DNA of 12,516 nucleotides from IMG/VR virus record IMGVR_UViG_2537561727_000005, positions 1-12,516 of that record. One strand, given 5' to 3'. Below, in pieces: positions 7,903 through 12,516 of the stretch (positions within the stretch are counted from its first letter, which is position 1; each line of letters starts with the position of its first letter). The translations under genes were made by a program, and so were the position numbers. The stretch comes from a virus (Duplodnaviria > Heunggongvirae > Uroviricota > Caudoviricetes). Under the pieces are notes generated by a model. It was given only the letters and a program-made list of their open reading frames with translations, ran no database searches and was not told where the DNA came from.

Positions 7903-8041
7903 ATGCCCCGAGTTGTACTTGTACGGTAAACATGCTGGCTGCTATGTAATAGAGTTTTTTTAGCCTGTAACCTCTTGACTGCATTGAATTGCTTTTGTTA
8001 TGAGTTGTAAGCCAATGTTATCATCTTGTATTGGGGTGGTT

Positions 8042-8758
8042 ATGAAGGATGGTGCGCTGCTCAGGAGTTCTTCACTTTTTATTGCCTACATGGGATGCCT
8101 TGGATGGGGGAGTGCTTATTTCTATGGATGGGGTACTTCTTTTTACTACGGCTTCCCATGGTGGATTGTAGGTGCAGGTGTTGATGATGTTGCCAGAAGT
8201 TTATTTTTTGCAGTTATCGTCATTGCTATATTTCTTATCGGTTGGGGTATTGGTGTTGTATTCTTTTTCGCAGTGAAAAGAAAACATTCTATGCAAGAGC
8301 TAAATGTATTTCGCCTTTATTTTGCTGTGGAATTATTGTTTGTGCCGGCAATTATTGAGTTTTCTATATTGAGACAAAAGATTCAGGTACCTCTTTTGCT
8401 ACTGTCAGCAGCGATTGCGCTGGCGGTTACAATTTCGATAAGATCTTATGGGCGATTTTTATCGGTATCATGCTTCTATGATAAGCCATTTATAAAAAAA
8501 CATTTTTTTGAGATTGTGATGATTGCTTTTGTGGCATATTTCTGGCTTTTTTCATTTCTGACAGGATATTACAAACCACAGTTTAAGAAAGAATATGAAA
8601 TGATTAATTATAATGATGGTTGGTATTATGTTCTTGCTCGTTATGATAATTGTCTGGTTTTGTCTACTTCTTTCAATGCAGGTAGTAAAAGGTTTGTCAT
8701 TTATCAATCAGCACAAGATAAGAATCTTCAGGTTGATATTGTAAGGACCAGAATTTAA
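8042..8758 (+). CDS. Polytopic inner-membrane protein of unknown function (238 aa from ATG 8042; about 5 hydrophobic helices rich in Trp/Tyr/Phe, roughly 70-aa soluble C-terminal domain)
   Basis: Long ORF with GGGGTGG upstream of ATG 8042; strongly AT-rich relative to flanking phage genes; hydrophobic segments read from translation. Confidence 0.75.
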   Translation: MKDGALLRSSSLFIAYMGCLGWGSAYFYGWGTSFYYGFPWWIVGAGVDDVARSLFFAVIVIAIFLIGWGIGVVFFFAVKRKHSMQELNVFRLYFAVELLFVPAIIEFSILRQKIQVPLLLLSAAIALAVTISIRSYGRFLSVSCFYDKPFIKKHFFEIVMIAFVAYFWLFSFLTGYYKPQFKKEYEMINYNDGWYYVLARYDNCLVLSTSFNAGSKRFVIYQSAQDKNLQVDIVRTRI

Positions 8759-9137
8759 TTGGCTGCATAAATAATATTTTAAGTTGCAAGTTGGCTATTC
8801 GTAGGAATAGAACCTTAGGCATGCTGAATGCGTTTCCTGAACATTGTTTTATAAACTGTGTCTGCTTGCTGTTGTGATCCTGCTTTTAGTGATGGTGATG
8901 ATGGATTTCACCAGCAGGATAATGTTGGTACTGACTGATGGCGCTCTGGTCTGCGGCATTGTGGTATTGCTGTGGCCGATGATGAAAGAACAGAATGAAT
9001 AATTCTTGACTTTTTTGTTTACTGTTTATTAAAAAATCAACCGCATGGTGAATCCTCCTTGGAGGGGCTAAATGATCGAGTTTTAAGGGCACGTAGCGAG
9101 TTCTGTTTGATCATTGCAGAACTTAGCGGGAGGCGCC

Positions 9138-9248
9138 ATGCGTACATCACTAATGTTATTTCCTTCTATCATTTTCCTTGTGAGTTCTGGCTGCGCATGG
9201 CGCGGCCTTTTTTTTATGACCTGCCACTGGCAGATGGTCATCCTGTGA
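9138..9248 (+). CDS. Candidate small hydrophobic peptide (36 aa, MRTSLMLFPSIIFLVSSGCAWRGLFFMTCHWQMVIL)
   Basis: ATG with GGGAGG Shine-Dalgarno 4 nt upstream; single predicted TM segment; not in ORF track (below 60 aa). Confidence 0.3.
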   Translation: MRTSLMLFPSIIFLVSSGCAWRGLFFMTCHWQMVIL

Positions 9249-9391
9249 TTTGATTCCGGTTCCGGCTTTTTAACTCTGTTCCTGTACACGGGAGAAATTC
9301 TATGTCGATTAATCGTTATGATATTGGTTACAAGAAGTACCACGTATTGTGTTGAGATAGAAAGCATGGTGCCAGAGGTAAATGCAGCAGC

Positions 9392-9444
9392 ATAATAAAA
9401 AAGAGCCAGCGCAGAAGAGAACGGGTAAAAGAGTCTGCGCTGGC
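9392..9444 (-). terminator. Strong rho-independent terminator (minus strand)
   Basis: Perfect 11-bp GC-rich stem GCCAGCGCAGA (9405-9415) / TCTGCGCTGGC (9434-9444), then U-tract TCTTTTTTATTAT (complement of 9392-9404). Confidence 0.75.
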
Positions 9445-9489
9445 GTGGGGATATTCCCCGTGGAGAAATGATATGTAACACACATCGGG
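9392..9489 (-). ncRNA. Candidate small RNA of about 98 nt with its own promoter and intrinsic terminator
   Basis: Minus-strand promoter TTGACA (9523-9518), 16-bp spacer, TATAGA (9501-9496); no credible ORF between predicted start (about 9489) and terminator; internal stem-loop GGGGA-ATA-TCCCC. Confidence 0.4.
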
Positions 9490-9495
9490 AACCTT

Positions 9496-9543
9496 TCTAT
9501 ATAAACATTATCATTATTGTCAATCATAACAGTCAGGTATTAT
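9496..9543. promoter_or_regulatory. Back-to-back divergent promoters with overlapping -35 hexamers (leftward for the sRNA, rightward toward the holin; rightward one is a candidate late promoter)
   Basis: Plus strand TTGTCA (9517-9522), 15-bp spacer, TATTAT (9538-9543); minus strand TTGACA (9523-9518), 16-bp spacer, TATAGA (9501-9496). Confidence 0.4.
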
Positions 9544-9560
9544 GACGTTTATGCATCAGG

Positions 9561-9595
9561 GCCATCAGGAATTAACTGGTGGCTTTTTATTGTTG
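9561..9595 (+). terminator. Rho-independent terminator just upstream of the holin (tR'-like)
   Basis: 8-bp stem GCCATCAG (9561-9568) / CTGGTGGC (9576-9583) with one G-U pair, 7-nt loop, followed by TTTTTATTGTTG. Confidence 0.6.
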
Positions 9596-9623
9596 TCAGC
9601 TTCCGGATAACGGGAGACGGGGT

Positions 9624-9839
9624 ATGTACCAGATGGAAAAAATAACAACAGGTGTGTCATACACCACGTCAGCGGTGGGGACGGGATACTGGCTACTGCA
9701 GTTGCTGGACAAAGTCTCCCCATCCCAGTGGGTGGCAATAGGCGTATTGGGTAGCTTGGTGTTTGGCTTGCTGACGTATCTGACAAACCTTTATTTCAAG
9801 ATTAAAGAAGATAAGCGTAAGGCTGCGAGAGGTGAATAA
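9624..9839 (+). CDS. S: Class II holin of the phage-21 S type (pinholin), 71 aa, with dual-start motif M-Y-Q-M (holin/antiholin)
   Basis: Close match to my memory of S21/EssD (…[51 protein letters not shown]); GGAGACGGGG upstream of ATG 9624; track ORF extends to GTG 9579, which lies inside the upstream terminator. Confidence 0.9.
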   Translation: MYQMEKITTGVSYTTSAVGTGYWLLQLLDKVSPSQWVAIGVLGSLVFGLLTYLTNLYFKIKEDKRKAARGE

Positions 9840-10117
9840 TGTCGCCATCATTACGCAAGGCTGTTGCTGCTGCTATTGGTGGTGGGGCTGTTGCCATAGC
9901 GTCTGTGCTCATCACTGGTCCGAGTGGTGACGATGGCCTGGAAGGTGTCAGCTACATACCATACGAAGATATCGTTGGCGTATGGACTGTATGTCACGGA
10001 CACACCGGAAAAGACATCATTCCCGGTAAAACGTATACCGAAGCAGAATGCAAAGCCCTCCTGAATAAAGACCTTGCCACGGTCGCCAGACAAATAAACC
10101 CGTACATCAACGTCGAT
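9839..10117 (+). pseudogene. R: SAR endolysin (phage-21 R type lysozyme) N-terminal fragment, about 93 codons, C-terminal half deleted
   Basis: N-terminal SAR segment ([20 protein letters not shown]) and catalytic Glu/Asp/Thr region match R21 from memory; homology stops at ...NPYINVDI where terminase A sequence begins. Confidence 0.85.
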
Positions 10118-10418
10118 ATATCGAACAGTCAGGTTAACAGGCTGCGGCATTTTGTCCGCGCCGGGCTTCGCTCACTGTTCAGGCCGGAGCCACAGACCGC
10201 CGTTGAATGGGCGGATGCTAATTACTATCTCCCGAAAGAATCCGCATACCAGGAAGGGCGCTGGGAAACACTGCCCTTTCAGCGGGCCATCATGAATGCG
10301 ATGGGCAGCGACTACATCCGTGAGGTGAATGTGGTGAAGTCTGCCCGTGTCGGTTATTCCAAAATGCTGCTGGGTGTTTATGCCTACTTTATAGAGCACA
10401 AGCAGCGCAACACCCTTA
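10118..10418 (+). pseudogene. A: Terminase large subunit gpA N-terminal fragment (codons about 3-100), fused in frame to the endolysin fragment
   Basis: [100 protein letters not shown] matches lambda gpA N-terminus. Confidence 0.9.
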
Positions 10419-10784
10419 TTCCAGGTTGTCCTGGGGGCTGCCGCCATTGCCGGATCATTCTTTACCGCCGGAGCCACCCTTGCAGCATGGGGGGCAGCCA
10501 TTGGGGCCGGTGGTATGACCGGCATCCTGTTTTCTCTCGGTGCCAGTATGGTACTTGGTGGTGTGGCGCAGATGCTGGCACCGAAAGCCAGAACTCCCCG
10601 TACACAGACAACGGATAACGGCAAACAAAACACGTATTTCTCCTCACTGGATAACATGGTTGCCCAGGGCAATGTTCTGCCCGTTCTGTACGGTGAAATG
10701 CGCGTGGGGTCGCGGGTGGTATCTCAGGAAATCAGCACGGCAGACGAAGGGGACGGTGGTCAGGTTGTGGTGATTGGTCGCTGA
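10419..10784 (+). pseudogene. I: Tail assembly protein gpI C-terminal fragment (about 120 codons), out of frame with the preceding gpA fragment
   Basis: [48 protein letters not shown]...GQVVVIGR matches lambda gpI C-terminus; stop at 10782-10784. Confidence 0.9.
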
Positions 10785-10802
10785 TGCAAAACATTTTATG
10801 TG

Positions 10803-10830
10803 AAACCGCCTGCGGGCGGTTTTGTCGTTT
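10803..10830 (+). other. Hairpin in the I-J intergenic region (terminator-like or RNA structure)
   Basis: 8-bp stem AAACCGCC (10803-10810) / GGCGGTTT (10815-10822), loop TGCG, followed by TGTCGTTT. Confidence 0.35.
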
Positions 10831-10841
10831 ATGGAGCGTGA

Positions 10842-12516
<1,675 letters not shown>

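Noticed and set aside
9302-9355. Tiny 17-codon ORF (MSINRYDIGYKKYHVLC) with a GGGAGA ribosome-binding site
   Set aside because: Too short to assess; may be a leader peptide or chance.
8886-9527. Track ORFs 8886-9092(-) His-rich, 9059-9253(+), 9083-9481(-), 9309-9527(-)
   Set aside because: The His-rich ORF is the antisense shadow of a hydrophobic plus-strand frame; 9083-9481 and 9309-9527 contain the strong minus-strand terminator hairpin inside their frames, which is incompatible with coding.
8760-9620. tRNA genes in the non-coding stretch between the membrane moron and the holin (common between Q and S in lambdoid phages)
   Set aside because: No T-loop consensus (GGTTCGAATCC-like) or cloverleaf-sized structure found by eye.

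Overview
The window is almost entirely a heavily decayed lambda-like (lambdoid) prophage from an enterobacterial, E. coli-like genome; all calls are by eye from the sequence and from remembered lambda protein sequences, with no searches run. Left to right: tandem leftward terminators; a leftward operon with intact lambda exo, three small lambda-like ORFs and an accessory block (TraR/DksA-type zinc finger, Ead/Ea22-like, a 251-aa His-rich enzyme-like protein, a 191-aa zinc-ribbon protein, a small Cys/His protein); a bet C-terminal stub abutting a ninG C-terminal stub, so the immunity and replication region is deleted; an intact lambda-type Ser/Thr phosphatase; an AT-rich moron encoding an LpxR-like lipid A 3'-O-deacylase; a Q-position regulator; an AT-rich membrane-protein moron; a structured non-coding stretch with a strongly predicted leftward small RNA; a phage-21-type pinholin; then a chain of fragments (SAR endolysin N-term, terminase A N-term, gpI C-term, J with two in-frame internal deletions, side-tail-fibre fragment). 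No rRNA, tRNA, CRISPR or IS element was found. The best candidates for something undescribed are the translationally coupled accessory operon at 795-2763, the membrane-protein moron at 8042-8758 and the small-RNA/small-peptide locus at 8890-9490.
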